This document shows positions 1-11,514 of a DNA stretch of 64,000 nt, in pieces. The DNA is from Nitrospirota bacterium (GTDB lineage: Bacteria > Nitrospirota > UBA9217): the NCBI GenBank assembly GCA_963845065.1, contig CAWJQQ010000006.1:256001-320000 (forward strand). Reading direction: 5' to 3'. Under the pieces are notes generated by a model. That model was not told the origin of the DNA. It made no database searches and saw only the letters and a program-made list of their open reading frames with translations. A program made the translations under genes and the position numbers. Position 1 is the first letter of the stretch; each line of letters starts with the position of its first letter.

Positions 1-537
1 CGCGCTCGTCCTATACCCAAATCTCATCTCCTCTCTACCCATGGTGACCATGTTACCATCGGGCGAAAGCAGTGTTACAGAATCAATTACATCACCGAAC
101 TCTCCTGAAGCAGTCCCGGCATTCATGCATACTGCTCCACCGACGGTACCTGGAATGCCGGCAGTAAATTCAAGCCCCGTCAGCCCTTCCTCAACGGCAA
201 AAGAAAGGAGCTTCTGCAGTGGCACGCCGGCTTCAACAAAGATGACGGTGAATGCGCCACCTATTGATCGGTACTCGCGTTCAATCTTTATGGCCTGCAT
301 GCGCTGAAGGCTAATCACAATACCGCGAAAACCACCGTCGCGCACGAGGATGTTTGTTCCTCCTCCAAGGACAAAACATTTCAGTTTTTTTCCCATGATT
401 TCCCGGAGGAGCGTTGCAAGATCGTTTCGGTCAACAGGAACGGCAAATACATCGGCAGGCCCTCCGATGGCATACGACGTATGTCTGCTCATCGGTTCAT
501 TCCGTCTGATTTCACCTTTAAAGCCTGCGATCTCCAT
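1..537 (-). CDS. murB: UDP-N-acetylenolpyruvoylglucosamine reductase, 5' part (runs off window)
   Basis: Manual translation from ATG at 537: [29 protein letters not shown]...[13 protein letters not shown]...[21 protein letters not shown]; follows murC. Confidence 0.93.
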   Translation of the reverse strand, partial: MEIAGFKGEIRRNEPMSRHTSYAIGGPADVFAVPVDRNDLATLLREIMGKKLKCFVLGGGTNILVRDGGFRGIVISLQRMQAIKIEREYRSIGGAFTVIFVEAGVPLQKLLSFAVEEGLTGLEFTAGIPGTVGGAVCMNAGTASGEFGDVIDSVTLLSPDGNMVTMGREEMRFGYRTSA

Positions 538-1903
538 GCTGTAGTTTCTCCAAGATTTGTTCACTCAGTTTCCATACGTCCCCGGCACCGAGCGTAATCA
601 TGAGGTCCCCTTTTTTCAGAACTTTTATCAAGTGCTCTATGAGCTTATTCCGTTCCGGTATAAACGTCACATCTTTGTGCCCGTGCTTCTTAATCCCCTC
701 ATAGAGTGCCTGCCCGCTCACGCCAGGAATCGGCTTCTCTCCTGCTGCGTAAATGTCCATGACGATAAGCTTGTCCGCCTGGTTGAATGCCGTAAAGAAA
801 TCCTCAAGAAGATGCTGGGTCCTCGTGTACCTATGGGGCTGGAACACCACTACCACTCGCCGCTCCATGCCCGTTGCTGCAGCTGCAAGTGTGGCCTTGA
901 TCTCCGTTGGATGGTGACCATAATCATCTACGACGATGACGCCACCCACCTCTCCCTTGATCTGAAACCGTCTCTGCACGCCGCTAAACTCCCGGAGTGC
1001 CTTGCGGATCGTTTCAATATCGATATCCAACTCGCGCGCCACGGCGATCGCTGCAAGGCTGTTGCTGATATTGTGCACACCTGGTACGGAGAGTTCGAAG
1101 AGCCCGAGGTCCTTGTTGTGATGCATCACTTTGAAAGTCGATCCCATTGGACGGAGCGAAATGTCCCGCGCCTGGTAGTCGGCCTGAGTGCTCATACCGT
1201 AGGTTTGATACCGTTTCTGAAGCGAGGGAATGAGTGCCTGGATGTGCGGCTGGTCAAGACAGAGCACCGACACACCGTAAAACGGGACTTTGTTGACGAA
1301 GGTGAGGAAGGCCGCCTTTATCTCGTCGATGTCTCTATAGTAATCTAGATGCTCAGCATCGATGTTCGTGACCACAGCGATTGTCGGCGAAAGTTTAAGA
1401 AAACTCCCGTCGCTCTCGTCCGCCTCGGCAACGAGGAACTCGCCCTGGCCAAGTTTGGCGTTCGTTCCCAGGCTGTTTAGTTTCCCACCGATCACGACCG
1501 TGGGATCAATGCCTCCAGCAGCAAAAACCGTTGCGATCATGGAGGTCGTCGTGGTTTTACCGTGCGCGCCTGCGATCGCCACGCCGTATTTGAGCCGCAT
1601 GAGCTCGGCGAGCATCTCTGCCCGTGGGATCACTGGCACCTGCTTCTCGCGCGCTGCGATAACCTCGACATTGTCATTCTTTACTGCTGACGAGATCACA
1701 ACCACGTGCGGCGACGTAATGTTCTCGGCTCGGTGACCGAAAAAGATCTCTCCACCCAGTCGCCTCAACCGCTCCGTAGTATCTGATTCTTTAATGTCTG
1801 AGCCGGAAACTTTATATCCAAGGTTCAAAAGCACTTCGGCGATGCCGCTCATTCCGATACCGCCAATGCCGACAAAGTGTATATGTTTAATTCGCTTGAA
1901 CAT
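518..1903 (-). CDS. murC: UDP-N-acetylmuramate--L-alanine ligase
   Basis: [36 protein letters not shown] motifs. Confidence 0.97.
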   Translation of the reverse strand: MFKRIKHIHFVGIGGIGMSGIAEVLLNLGYKVSGSDIKESDTTERLRRLGGEIFFGHRAENITSPHVVVISSAVKNDNVEVIAAREKQVPVIPRAEMLAELMRLKYGVAIAGAHGKTTTTSMIATVFAAGGIDPTVVIGGKLNSLGTNAKLGQGEFLVAEADESDGSFLKLSPTIAVVTNIDAEHLDYYRDIDEIKAAFLTFVNKVPFYGVSVLCLDQPHIQALIPSLQKRYQTYGMSTQADYQARDISLRPMGSTFKVMHHNKDLGLFELSVPGVHNISNSLAAIAVARELDIDIETIRKALREFSGVQRRFQIKGEVGGVIVVDDYGHHPTEIKATLAAAATGMERRVVVVFQPHRYTRTQHLLEDFFTAFNQADKLIVMDIYAAGEKPIPGVSGQALYEGIKKHGHKDVTFIPERNKLIEHLIKVLKKGDLMITLGAGDVWKLSEQILEKLQHGDRRL

Positions 1904-2966
1904 AGTCCTTACACATCCTCGCTATCTCTTCTGCTGCGTTATTTTCCATACACGGTACATGTGAAGAAACATCCTGTCCGACGTATTTTAATATGAGCTC
2001 TGCCAGTGTCTCCGGCTTGAGGTCTCGCTGTGCTATCACGACCGCCGCGCCACGCTCTGCCAGCGTTCGTGCGTTGTACTCCTGGTGATTATCGGCTGCA
2101 AATGGAAACGGTATCAGCACCGCGCGCTTTCCGCAGACAGCAAGTTCTGCAACAGTTGTGGCGCCGGAGCGTGAGACCACGAGGTCCGCGGCCGCGTATG
2201 CGCCAGCCATGTCGTGAATATAGGGTAGCACCACTGCTTTGACACCCGCATCACGATATCTTGCTGCAACTTCAGCAACATCCTTCTCACCGGTCTGATG
2301 CAGGATCTGTAGGTGTTCTATCTTATTTAGAATGTTTGCAGTGCCTTTCATCGCCATATTGATGGCATGGGCGCCACCGCTCCCGCCCATAACAAAAATC
2401 GTAAAATTCCCCGGTCTAAGTCCGAAATCTTTGAGCGCTTTCTCGCGATTTCCTTTGTCAATGCCTTTTCTGACCAGTGGTCCGACCTTCTTCGTTTTCT
2501 TGGCCGAGAAAAATGTCTGTGCTCCCGTGCCAGGAAAACAGAGGATGACCTTACTTGCCAACCTCCCCAGATTTCTATTTGCCAGTCCGGCATATGAATT
2601 GGGCTCCACGATCACAAGAGGAACCCTGACAAACCAGGCCGCGAGCGCCACCGGTCCTGAGGAATAACCCCCCACGCCGATTACCACATCCGGTCTCTTT
2701 TCGAGGAGCAGACGTATGGACTGTATAATGCTCAGCGGCAGTGTAACAATTGTTTTGAATATAGAGCTGAACTTCATGCCCTTCAGCTTTCCGACGGTGA
2801 TAAAACGGACCGGCAGCCCCTCTCGCGGAAGCACTTTCGCCTCGATTCCCTGCTTCGTGCCGATAAACAAAACGTCGTTGTCCCGTTCTCTCAGCACTTC
2901 TCGCGCAATGGCAATTCCTGGATAGAGATGCCCTCCAGTCCCTCCACCGGCAATAACGACTTTCAT
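1887..2966 (-). CDS. murG: Lipid II GlcNAc transferase
   Basis: [25 protein letters not shown] motifs; start moved to MKVVIAG. Confidence 0.96.
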   Translation of the reverse strand: MKVVIAGGGTGGHLYPGIAIAREVLRERDNDVLFIGTKQGIEAKVLPREGLPVRFITVGKLKGMKFSSIFKTIVTLPLSIIQSIRLLLEKRPDVVIGVGGYSSGPVALAAWFVRVPLVIVEPNSYAGLANRNLGRLASKVILCFPGTGAQTFFSAKKTKKVGPLVRKGIDKGNREKALKDFGLRPGNFTIFVMGGSGGAHAINMAMKGTANILNKIEHLQILHQTGEKDVAEVAARYRDAGVKAVVLPYIHDMAGAYAAADLVVSRSGATTVAELAVCGKRAVLIPFPFAADNHQEYNARTLAERGAAVVIAQRDLKPETLAELILKYVGQDVSSHVPCMENNAAEEIARMCKDYVQAN

Positions 2967-3000
2967 CCGTGTTGTTCTCCCGGACCCTGGCTCCTTGACG

Positions 3001-4113
3001 CTATCCTGTTTCCTTCGAAACATTCAACAATACTCCGATTGCTCCCATAGTTATGACGAGCGATGAGCCGCCATAGCTCACCAGCGGCAGCGCAATGCCT
3101 TTGGTCGGCAGAAGACCCGTGACCACAGCCATATTGATCAGACCCTGAAAGCATATCAGAAGCGTGATCCCGAGGGCAAGAAGCCTACTGAACGGGTCAC
3201 CCACGGCAAGGGTTATACGCACGCCGCGCCATAGAATAATCAGGAATAACAGGATTACGACAAGCGCTCCGATCAGCCCTAGTTCTTCACCGATCACGGC
3301 ATAGATAAAATCCGAATGCCGCTCCGGCAGGAAGAAGAGCTTTTGCCGCCCTTCACCTAGTCCGCGGCCGAACAAACCACCGCTCCCGAAAGCAAGAAAG
3401 GACTGAATAATCTGGTGCCCTGCACCCAGCGGGTCAGACCAGGGATCGAGAAACGCGACGATCCTTCTCCACCGGTATGCCTTGTGTGCCACGGCGAATA
3501 TGACTAGGGGAAGCACAGCAAGCAGCGTACCGCCGATATGAATAATATTTGCTCCTCCGGCAAAGAGCATTATACCTGCAACACAGGCAAGCGTCATTGC
3601 ACTACCAAAGTCCGGCTGGAGCACAGCCACACTCGTAAACACTGCGATCACAACATAAGCCGGCACCATCCCGTTCATGAAATCCCTGATACGCTCGCCC
3701 TTCTTAGCGATATAATAGCTCAAGTAAACAACAACGGCGAACTTGGCAAATTCTACCGGTTGAAACGACAGCATGCCAATCCGCAGCCACCTCCGCGACC
3801 CGTTTACCATTCTTCCGATTCCGGGTGCAAGTGTGGCAGCGAGCAACATCAACGAGATCGTCATGATTGCCAGTACTACTCTTTGTCCAGCCAACCGGTG
3901 GTGGTCGATCCGCATGGTAAGCGAAAGGAGCGCGAGTCCCATGGCCGCCCATAGGAGTTGACGCTTCATGAAGAATAAAGAGTCGTTATATGTCGTAAGC
4001 GCAACCACGCTGCTAGAGCTATATACCATTACCACGCTGATCACTAGCAGCGTCAAAATGGCGAAGAGCAGCGTCTTATCGTATTGTCCTTTATAGTACG
4101 TCACCTGCTGCAT
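3001..4113 (-). CDS. ftsW: SEDS peptidoglycan polymerase FtsW
   Basis: Multi-TM protein with FQPVEFAK, LPERHSDF, PLVSYGGSS; dcw position. Confidence 0.95.
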   Translation of the reverse strand: MQQVTYYKGQYDKTLLFAILTLLVISVVMVYSSSSVVALTTYNDSLFFMKRQLLWAAMGLALLSLTMRIDHHRLAGQRVVLAIMTISLMLLAATLAPGIGRMVNGSRRWLRIGMLSFQPVEFAKFAVVVYLSYYIAKKGERIRDFMNGMVPAYVVIAVFTSVAVLQPDFGSAMTLACVAGIMLFAGGANIIHIGGTLLAVLPLVIFAVAHKAYRWRRIVAFLDPWSDPLGAGHQIIQSFLAFGSGGLFGRGLGEGRQKLFFLPERHSDFIYAVIGEELGLIGALVVILLFLIILWRGVRITLAVGDPFSRLLALGITLLICFQGLINMAVVTGLLPTKGIALPLVSYGGSSLVITMGAIGVLLNVSKETG

Positions 4114-4145
4114 CAACTTTGCCTCCTGCTTGTTGACCCTTGCCT

Positions 4146-5486
4146 CTATTCCATGTTCATTACTGCTTCTTTAAATTGTCTCCCCCGGTCTTCGAAATCC
4201 TTGAACATATCGAAACTAGCACATGCGGGTGACAGCAGGACTACGTCTCCCCAAGAGGACCGTGCAGCAGCTAATTTTACAGCATCCTGGAGCGTCTGCG
4301 CAAATACAGTCTCCGTTGAGCTACCGAGAGCTTTCGCCATCTTATCCGCTGCTTTGCCGATCAGAATCAATAGCTTCACTTTCTGTTTAAACAAATTGTA
4401 TAGAGGGCTAAAGTCGCTACCCTTGTCCAGCCCGCCTGCGATCAGGATAACCGGCTGCGTGAATCCTTCGACGGACTTCACTACAGCGCCCACGTTCGTA
4501 CCTTTTGAGTCGTTAATCCAGACAACGCCGTCCTTTGCCCGCACGAACTCAAGCCTGTGTTCAAGGCCGGAAAATTCCCGAAGCACGGCAGCCACGGACG
4601 TGGGATCGGCATCAGCGCATAGAGCTAGCGCTGCGGCCGCGAGCGCATTCTCGAGATTGTGCACGCCTTTGATCTTGATTTCGTCGATACGAATGATTCG
4701 CCTATTGTTGAATGTAAGAAATCCATCTTGCACGCAGACACCGGGACTAAACCGAAGTAGACGCGAGAAGGGTATCACCGTGGCTGGCGTTCGCTTCGCA
4801 TAGGACTTTACGAGAGGATCGTCGAAGTTAAGAATGAGGAAATCATCCTTACGCTGATTCATAAAGATGCGAGTTTTCACTTCGCCGTACTCGGCAATGT
4901 CATGATACCGGTCAAGGTGGTCCTGCGTGACATTCAGGATCGTGGCGACGCGGGGATGGAACGTCTCAATATATTCAAGCTGGAAGCTTGAGAGTTCGGC
5001 AACGATCCAGTCCTGTTGTTTTAGTAAAGTGATGTCTTCCGTCAAGGCGTTTCCGATGTTACCTGCCACGAGCACCTTCTTCTGTGCACGCCCGAGCATG
5101 AGTCCCACGAGCGTCGTGACTGTGGATTTGCCATTCGTTCCCGTGATCCCGATATAAGGTACATCCGATAGCAGCCATGCAAGTTCAAGCTCGCTGATCA
5201 CGTTTACGCCGCGCTGCTGGGCTGCGAGAATTTGCGGAAGCTTCGGCACACCGGGACTCAACACGATGAGATCGGCTTCGAGAAAAATTGGGTCTGGGTG
5301 TCCACCCGCCTCAATAACGATGTGGTCGTTACCAAGGGACTTCACTTGTGCGCTAAGCTGGATCAGTGGCTTCTTGTCCGTCACCGTAACAATCGCACCT
5401 AGGGCATGAAGCGCCCGTGCAGCGGCAACCCCGCTCCGTGCCAGACCGACTACTGTTGCTTTCTTTCCTCTAAAATCCTTTTTCAC
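4146..5486 (-). CDS. murD: UDP-MurNAc-L-Ala--D-Glu ligase
   Basis: GLARSG, GTNGKSTVT, ELSSFQL, NDSKGTN, SPACASFD; GTG start inferred. Confidence 0.95.
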   Translation of the reverse strand: MKKDFRGKKATVVGLARSGVAAARALHALGAIVTVTDKKPLIQLSAQVKSLGNDHIVIEAGGHPDPIFLEADLIVLSPGVPKLPQILAAQQRGVNVISELELAWLLSDVPYIGITGTNGKSTVTTLVGLMLGRAQKKVLVAGNIGNALTEDITLLKQQDWIVAELSSFQLEYIETFHPRVATILNVTQDHLDRYHDIAEYGEVKTRIFMNQRKDDFLILNFDDPLVKSYAKRTPATVIPFSRLLRFSPGVCVQDGFLTFNNRRIIRIDEIKIKGVHNLENALAAAALALCADADPTSVAAVLREFSGLEHRLEFVRAKDGVVWINDSKGTNVGAVVKSVEGFTQPVILIAGGLDKGSDFSPLYNLFKQKVKLLILIGKAADKMAKALGSSTETVFAQTLQDAVKLAAARSSWGDVVLLSPACASFDMFKDFEDRGRQFKEAVMNME

Positions 5487-5598
5487 ATTACCCCCAAACA
5501 ATTTTTCCAACGGAGGAGCGAAGACCACTGACTTGTAAAGAACACGCCATCAAGATTTTGGTTTTTCAGTGACTTCGCGTAATTGCAGTATATTGCTA

Positions 5599-6681
5599 TT
5601 ATCTCAGTTTCAACGTGCTGATCGAGATTAAGGCCAGGATGATCCCTACAATCCAGAACCGGGTGATTACCTTCGACTCAGCCCATCCGATCTGCTCAAA
5701 GTGATGATGAATCGGCGCCATCTTGAAGATACGCTTTCCTGTCAGCTTGAACGACGCTACCTGTAGTATCACTGAAACTGTTTCAATAACAAAAATTCCC
5801 CCCACGATCACTAGAATCAATTCGTTTTTGGTCACTACTGCCAATGTGCCGAGAGCGCCACCGAGAGACAAGGACCCTACGTCTCCCATGAACACCTCAG
5901 CAGGATGGGCATTGTACCACAGGAACCCGAGGCTCGCGCCCAACAAGGCACCACAAAAAATTGTGAGTTCCCCGCTACCCGAGATAAAGAGGATCTTCAG
6001 ATAGTCCGCGATAATCTTGTTTCCGCCAAGATAGACGATCACTGCATTGGCCGTGGCTGCGATACCGACGAGCCCGATCGCAAGGCCGTCAAGACCGTCG
6101 GTGAGGTTCACCGCGTTTGAAGAACCCACGATCACTATAACGACAAAGGGGATGTAGAACCACCCCAAATCGAGAAAAAGCCGCTTCAGGAACGGCACAG
6201 AAATGGACGTATTATTCGGGTCGCCAGGATTATAATAGAGAAAAACACCGATCGCTGCCGAGGCTAGTATCTGGAGTCCAAACTTCTCCACCGCCCGCAA
6301 CCCGGTGGACCGCTTCTTTACGACTTTAAGATAGTCGTCCCAGAAGCCAATCCCCCCGAAGGTAAGCGTCGCAAAAAGCACGATCCAAACGTATTTATTC
6401 GTCAAGTCGGACCACAAGAGTACGGAACTCACGAGGGCTGCAACAATCAGAAGTCCGCCCATGGTCGGCGTACCCTGCTTGGCGAGATGGGTTTGCGGAC
6501 CATCGCTTCTGACGTGCTGACCGACCCTAAGTCTGCGCAGCCAGGCAATCATCGAAGGAGCCAGAATAAACGTCACGATGAGTGCCGTTAAGACGGCACC
6601 GGCGCTCCGAAATGTAATATACCGGAACACGTTAAATCCGGAGAAGGTATTGCGCAGTGGGTAAAGCAGGTGATAGAGCAT
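5599..6681 (-). CDS. mraY: Phospho-MurNAc-pentapeptide transferase
   Basis: GTPTMGG, NAVNLTDGLDGL, FMGDVGS, MAPIHHHFE. Confidence 0.97.
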   Translation of the reverse strand: MLYHLLYPLRNTFSGFNVFRYITFRSAGAVLTALIVTFILAPSMIAWLRRLRVGQHVRSDGPQTHLAKQGTPTMGGLLIVAALVSSVLLWSDLTNKYVWIVLFATLTFGGIGFWDDYLKVVKKRSTGLRAVEKFGLQILASAAIGVFLYYNPGDPNNTSISVPFLKRLFLDLGWFYIPFVVIVIVGSSNAVNLTDGLDGLAIGLVGIAATANAVIVYLGGNKIIADYLKILFISGSGELTIFCGALLGASLGFLWYNAHPAEVFMGDVGSLSLGGALGTLAVVTKNELILVIVGGIFVIETVSVILQVASFKLTGKRIFKMAPIHHHFEQIGWAESKVITRFWIVGIILALISISTLKLR

Positions 6682-8048
6682 TAAAATGCCTCCAGAATTT
6701 TTTCCATCTTCATTCCTCGTGAGCCTTTGATGAGAATGACATCGCCCGGATGCGTCAGCTGTTTCAGCAGCCTCCCTGCGTTTTCATGCGAAATCGCCCC
6801 GAGCACCTGCTCCTCCTTCATTCCCGCTTCAAGGGCACCCTTTTCAACGTACGTTCCTTGCTCACCGACCGTGATCAGGAGATCCACCTTGTTACGCGCT
6901 ACTGTTCGTCCAATTTCTCGGTGTGCTTCTGCCGACATCTCTCCCAATTCGAGCATATCACCGATAACAGCAATTGCCTTCATGCCGGATTTAAGCGAAA
7001 CGAGCGTTTTGATCGCCGCCTCCATGGAGGCAGGATTTGCATTGTAGTAATCAGCAAGAACAGTCCTGCCATCGAGCTTTTTTACTTCAGACCGTCCGGC
7101 GACTGGTAGGAAGTCATCGAGTCCAAATTTTACGACATCGATCGTGACGCCCACGGCGAGTGCGGCGGCAGTAGCTGCAAGGGCATTATACACATTGTGT
7201 ATTCCCACGGCGCGTAGTCGAACGTTGATGCGTACACCCTCCATTGTAATCGTCATGTCGGAATATTCTTTCTCCTGCCGTACATTGGACGCTGTAACGT
7301 CGGCCTTATTGGCGATGCTGAAGGTGATGAGACGTCCAGCGAACTTTTTCTTTAAGATGCCGAAATGTGCATCGTCGGCATTCAAGACCGCTGATGCCTC
7401 CGATTTAAGGTTGTCTAACAATTCTCCTTTAGCCTGCGCAACCTTGTCCGTCGTGCCGAAGAACTCAAGATGGGCTGGACCGATGTTGGTTATCACCCCG
7501 ACTGTGGGCATGGCAAGCCTCGTAAGCGTATCGATTTCTCCCGGCGCGCTCATACCCATTTCGATGACCCCAACCCAGTGGCTATCATTCATCTTCAAAA
7601 GCGTAAGGGGAACGCCGATATGGTTGTTCAGGTTGCCCTCATTCTTGAGCACCGGCCCCTTCCGTTTCAGGATGGACGCGAGCATTTCCCTGGTCGTGGT
7701 CTTGCCGTTCGAACCCGTGATGCCGACGACGGGAATCATGAATTTTTTTCGGTGTAAGTGCGCCATCTCCTGGAGGGCATAGAGCGTATCTTCAACTGGA
7801 AGAATGTTCTTCAAACCCCCGAGGTTTAAGAACTTTTGTTCCATTGTGGTCCGCTCCACGAGTGCACCCCAGGCGCCTTTTTTTATCGCATCGGGCACAA
7901 AATCATGGCCGTCAAAACGGTCACCCTTGAGCGCGACAAATAGTTCGCCCTCCTTTACGTTGCGAGAGTCAATGGATATACCTTTAATTTCCATGCGCCC
8001 GACCATCCCTATAACTTTTCCAAGCATTTTTTTTTCATAATCATTCAT
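6681..8048 (-). CDS. murF: UDP-MurNAc-tripeptide--D-Ala-D-Ala ligase
   Basis: GITGSNGKTTT, NNHIGVPLT, YNANP, GDMLELG, KGSRG. Confidence 0.96.
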   Translation of the reverse strand: MNDYEKKMLGKVIGMVGRMEIKGISIDSRNVKEGELFVALKGDRFDGHDFVPDAIKKGAWGALVERTTMEQKFLNLGGLKNILPVEDTLYALQEMAHLHRKKFMIPVVGITGSNGKTTTREMLASILKRKGPVLKNEGNLNNHIGVPLTLLKMNDSHWVGVIEMGMSAPGEIDTLTRLAMPTVGVITNIGPAHLEFFGTTDKVAQAKGELLDNLKSEASAVLNADDAHFGILKKKFAGRLITFSIANKADVTASNVRQEKEYSDMTITMEGVRINVRLRAVGIHNVYNALAATAAALAVGVTIDVVKFGLDDFLPVAGRSEVKKLDGRTVLADYYNANPASMEAAIKTLVSLKSGMKAIAVIGDMLELGEMSAEAHREIGRTVARNKVDLLITVGEQGTYVEKGALEAGMKEEQVLGAISHENAGRLLKQLTHPGDVILIKGSRGMKMEKILEAF

Positions 8049-8129
8049 GGCACATAATTACGATGCAAGGATCCTATCTCATAATCCATAAAATCTATTA
8101 AAAGAATTGTGTGTTTCCTGCATCGTGCG

Positions 8130-9653
8130 TCACATTCCTCTCTTTTTTTGTAGCTCATCCCTGGCTATTTCCCGGTCATCAAAGTGGACCTTTTTGTCTC
8201 CGATGATCTGGTAATCCTCATGCCCTTTGCCTGCCAGAACGATAACGTCACCCGGTTTGCCCATGCCGATAGCCGCCCTGATTGCGTCACGTCGATCTGG
8301 AATAACCAGATAGGGAGTCTGATTGGTACCTTTGTTGCTCGCTGCGTCAAGGTTTGCAACTTTCACTCCCGCCGATGCCATGCCCTCTTCTATCTCTCTG
8401 ATGATCAACAGCGCGTCCTCGGTCCTGGGATTGTCTGATGTGATGATCACTATGTCGCTCCCCTTCGCTGCAGCACGGCCCATCTTCGACCGCTTCGTCC
8501 GATCGCGATCGCCTCCGCACCCAAAGACAGTTATGACCTGTCCCTCGGCGATCTCGCGGACAGCCTCTAGCAGTCTATCGAGGGCATCTTCCGTATGCGC
8601 GTAATCAACAATCACGCCAAATGGCCGGCCATCTCCTATTTTTTCCATGCGTCCTGGAACGGCTTGCATGGTTTTCACGCCCTCTGCGATCACAGTGGTT
8701 TCGAAACCCATAGCGACGCCAATCGCAATAGCGGTCAGGATATTGTAAATGTTGTGCCTGCCAACGAGAGGCGATTCGACTGTCATCGGTCCCGAAGGCG
8801 TAGTGACTTCGAATGCGAGGCCTTGAATGCCATGGTGTATTGCTCCCAGAGGCCGCACATCGGCGCGCGGTGAAAAACCAGTTGTGATGACTTCAGTCTT
8901 TGTTACGCTAATAATGTCCGTTGCCCGTGTATCATCAATATTGATCACTGCGCATGCGCCTGGACCAAGGCCTTTGAACAGCAGAAGCTTGGCTTCAAAA
9001 TAAGAATCCATAGTTTCATGGAAATCCATGTGATCTTGTGTCAGATTCGTGAATGCGGCTACGGCGAACCTGCATCCTACGGTCCTGCCCAGTGCAAGCG
9101 CGTGTGATGAGACTTCCATGATGCAGGTCTCTGTTCCAAGGTTCGTCATTTCGGACATCAATCGCTGCAAATCAAGAGATTCCGGCGTCGTGTTCGGTGC
9201 GGGATAGACCTTACCGCCCACGCGGTAATCGATAGTGCCAATAAGGCCCACGGTACCGTGTGCGGCCTCGACAATGGATTTCACCAAATATGTGGTGGTA
9301 GTCTTACCGTTAGTTCCGGTCACGCCAATGAGTTTCAGCCTTTCTGACGGATGATTGAAAAATGCATCGGCTAGGAGCGCAAGTGCTTTGCGCGAGTCAT
9401 TGACTGCGACAAACGGTGCACCTCCCGCTTCGACATTGATCTTCTGTTCGGTAACCACGGCGATTGCTCCTTGTCTTATAGCCTGCGGAATAAACTGATG
9501 GCCGTCCGAGTGAAATCCTCGCACGGCCACAAACAGGGAACCCGGTAGCACCTTCCGGGAATCATGGGCAATATCTCTGACCTCGATTTCCAGCGCTTCG
9601 CGCGGGATAGTTGTTTCCAAGTCCAGTACCTTCAGGAGGTCCCCAAGCTTCAC
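8130..9653 (-). CDS. murE: UDP-MurNAc-dipeptide--meso-DAP ligase
   Basis: GTNGKTTTT, MEVSSHAL, DYAHT, DNPR (DAP-type), GKGHE; GTG start after GAGGAG. Confidence 0.96.
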   Translation of the reverse strand: MKLGDLLKVLDLETTIPREALEIEVRDIAHDSRKVLPGSLFVAVRGFHSDGHQFIPQAIRQGAIAVVTEQKINVEAGGAPFVAVNDSRKALALLADAFFNHPSERLKLIGVTGTNGKTTTTYLVKSIVEAAHGTVGLIGTIDYRVGGKVYPAPNTTPESLDLQRLMSEMTNLGTETCIMEVSSHALALGRTVGCRFAVAAFTNLTQDHMDFHETMDSYFEAKLLLFKGLGPGACAVINIDDTRATDIISVTKTEVITTGFSPRADVRPLGAIHHGIQGLAFEVTTPSGPMTVESPLVGRHNIYNILTAIAIGVAMGFETTVIAEGVKTMQAVPGRMEKIGDGRPFGVIVDYAHTEDALDRLLEAVREIAEGQVITVFGCGGDRDRTKRSKMGRAAAKGSDIVIITSDNPRTEDALLIIREIEEGMASAGVKVANLDAASNKGTNQTPYLVIPDRRDAIRAAIGMGKPGDVIVLAGKGHEDYQIIGDKKVHFDDREIARDELQKKRGM

Positions 9654-9783
9654 CGAGACAGGCTCCTCTCTTTTTCTCCTCCCACGTGAAGAGGGCGAAA
9701 TTGGAAAGGGCGGGGATGATGGTCCAGATGACGCAATAGCATCTCCCTGCATGCAATCTAACGCATAAGATGTAAAGTACAAA

Positions 9784-11514
9784 TCACCTATTCACCAGAA
9801 GCGTTCTTCCGCCCACGTCATCAGGCGGCACCTGTAAATAGGCAAGGCTCTGTTCCGCCACGGCCCGAAACACGGGCGCCGCCACGGTGCCGCCGTAAAT
9901 GTCACCCTCGGGTGTGTCGATCATAACAAGGATGACGAGCTTCGGCGATCGGACCGGGGCAAAGCCGACAAATGAGCTGACATACTCTTTTTTTGAATAT
10001 ACACCCGTACGCTGGTCGATCTTCTGCGCCGTGCCGGTCTTGCCCGCCGCAGTATACCCGGCCGGTTTTGCCTTTTGGCCCGTACCCATATCGACTACCC
10101 GCTTCAGCATGCTGGTCACCTTAGTGCAGGTCTCTTCCGTTACGGCGCGCCCTACGGACCGGGGCCCGAATTTTTTCCCCGCGCCCCCATTGTGGTCAAG
10201 GATCTCCGATACAATATAGGGTGTCATCATCATGCCGCCGTTTGCGAGTGTACAGTACGCTGTGGCCATTTGTATCGGCGTTACGCCGATCTCCTGACCG
10301 ATCGCGATCTCGCCGATGGAAACACCAGACCACAGCCGGCAATCCCGAAGCAGGCCCGGGATCTCTCCGGGCAGATCCACTCCTGTCTTTTTGCCGAACC
10401 CGAAAGCGCTGATATACTTGTAAAACCGTTCTTTCCCAAGCCGCAACGCGACTTTGATCGTGCCCACATTGCTCGATTCAGCAATCACTTCGGCAAAGGT
10501 AAGCACGCCGTTTCTATGCGCGTCCTTGATCTCCCGGTCGGCAAGCTTGATGCTTCCGGCGCTGCAATCGAACCGCTCAAGGGGATGCACGACACGCTCT
10601 TCCAGTGCTGCAGCAGCGAGGAACGGCTTGAAAATAGAGCCAGGCTCATACGCGTCGGTTACTGCCCGGTTCCGCCACTCCGCCGGTTTATAGCGCTGCG
10701 GTTCGTTCGGATTAAATGCAGGATGGCCATAGCCGTCCGTTCGTAACGAGAGAGCAAGCACTTCTCCCGTCTGCGGGTTCATAACGATGCAGACTCCTCC
10801 CTTTGCATGGGAGTGGGCAAGCATTGCATCAAGTTCTTTTTCGGCAATATGCTGGATCACCTCGTCGATGGTGAGCATGATGTCATGGCCCGGCTTTGGC
10901 ATTTTATACTGGAAACCTGGGCCGCCAGGAAATACCATCCTGCCCTTTGCGTCTTTTTCTGCCAGCACCCACCCACTCACGCCACAGAGTATCTTGTCAT
11001 ACGCGCGCTCCAGACCCTCGAGACCCTCGTTGTCAATGCCCGTAAAACCGATAAGCGGTCCGGCTAGCGATCTGTTCGGGTAGAATCGTCGTGCCTCCGG
11101 TCGAAGCTGGACCTCCTCAGAACCCATTTCTTTAACCTTTTCAGCTTTTATCGGGTCAACTTTTCGGCTAAGCCAAACGAATTGCTTTTCGCCGCCTAAC
11201 TTTCGTTCAAGCATGCTAGGATCTTCGCGCAGGATCTGGGAAAGCCGTTGGGCTAGCTCGCGAGGATTGTCGATTTTTGAAGGAATACCATAAACCGAAT
11301 CAACATCGAGGCTAACAGCCAGCTCTCTGCCCATACGATCTAGGATGGTGCCCCGCATGGGTTTGATTGTCACAACTTGTTCCTGCTGTCGTTCCGCCCT
11401 GGCCGTAAGTTTTGATCGTTCGATGACTTGTAGGTATACGAGCCGCAGGGCCACGAGTGCAAAACCCAGGACCATGATGAACAATACTGCGACTATTCTT
11501 CCCCGTCGTTCCAT
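9784..11514 (-). CDS. ftsI: Class B penicillin-binding protein FtsI/PBP3
   Basis: N-terminal TM, RGTILDR, SIFK (SxxK), SSN, KTGT motifs. Confidence 0.94.
   Translation of the reverse strand: MERRGRIVAVLFIMVLGFALVALRLVYLQVIERSKLTARAERQQEQVVTIKPMRGTILDRMGRELAVSLDVDSVYGIPSKIDNPRELAQRLSQILREDPSMLERKLGGEKQFVWLSRKVDPIKAEKVKEMGSEEVQLRPEARRFYPNRSLAGPLIGFTGIDNEGLEGLERAYDKILCGVSGWVLAEKDAKGRMVFPGGPGFQYKMPKPGHDIMLTIDEVIQHIAEKELDAMLAHSHAKGGVCIVMNPQTGEVLALSLRTDGYGHPAFNPNEPQRYKPAEWRNRAVTDAYEPGSIFKPFLAAAALEERVVHPLERFDCSAGSIKLADREIKDAHRNGVLTFAEVIAESSNVGTIKVALRLGKERFYKYISAFGFGKKTGVDLPGEIPGLLRDCRLWSGVSIGEIAIGQEIGVTPIQMATAYCTLANGGMMMTPYIVSEILDHNGGAGKKFGPRSVGRAVTEETCTKVTSMLKRVVDMGTGQKAKPAGYTAAGKTGTAQKIDQRTGVYSKKEYVSSFVGFAPVRSPKLVILVMIDTPEGDIYGGTVAAPVFRAVAEQSLAYLQVPPDDVGGRTLLVNR

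Noticed and set aside
557..1348. Long antisense ORFs opposite core genes (also 57876-58826, 17084-17980 and others)
   Set aside because: Codon-bias shadows of well-supported genes on the other strand.
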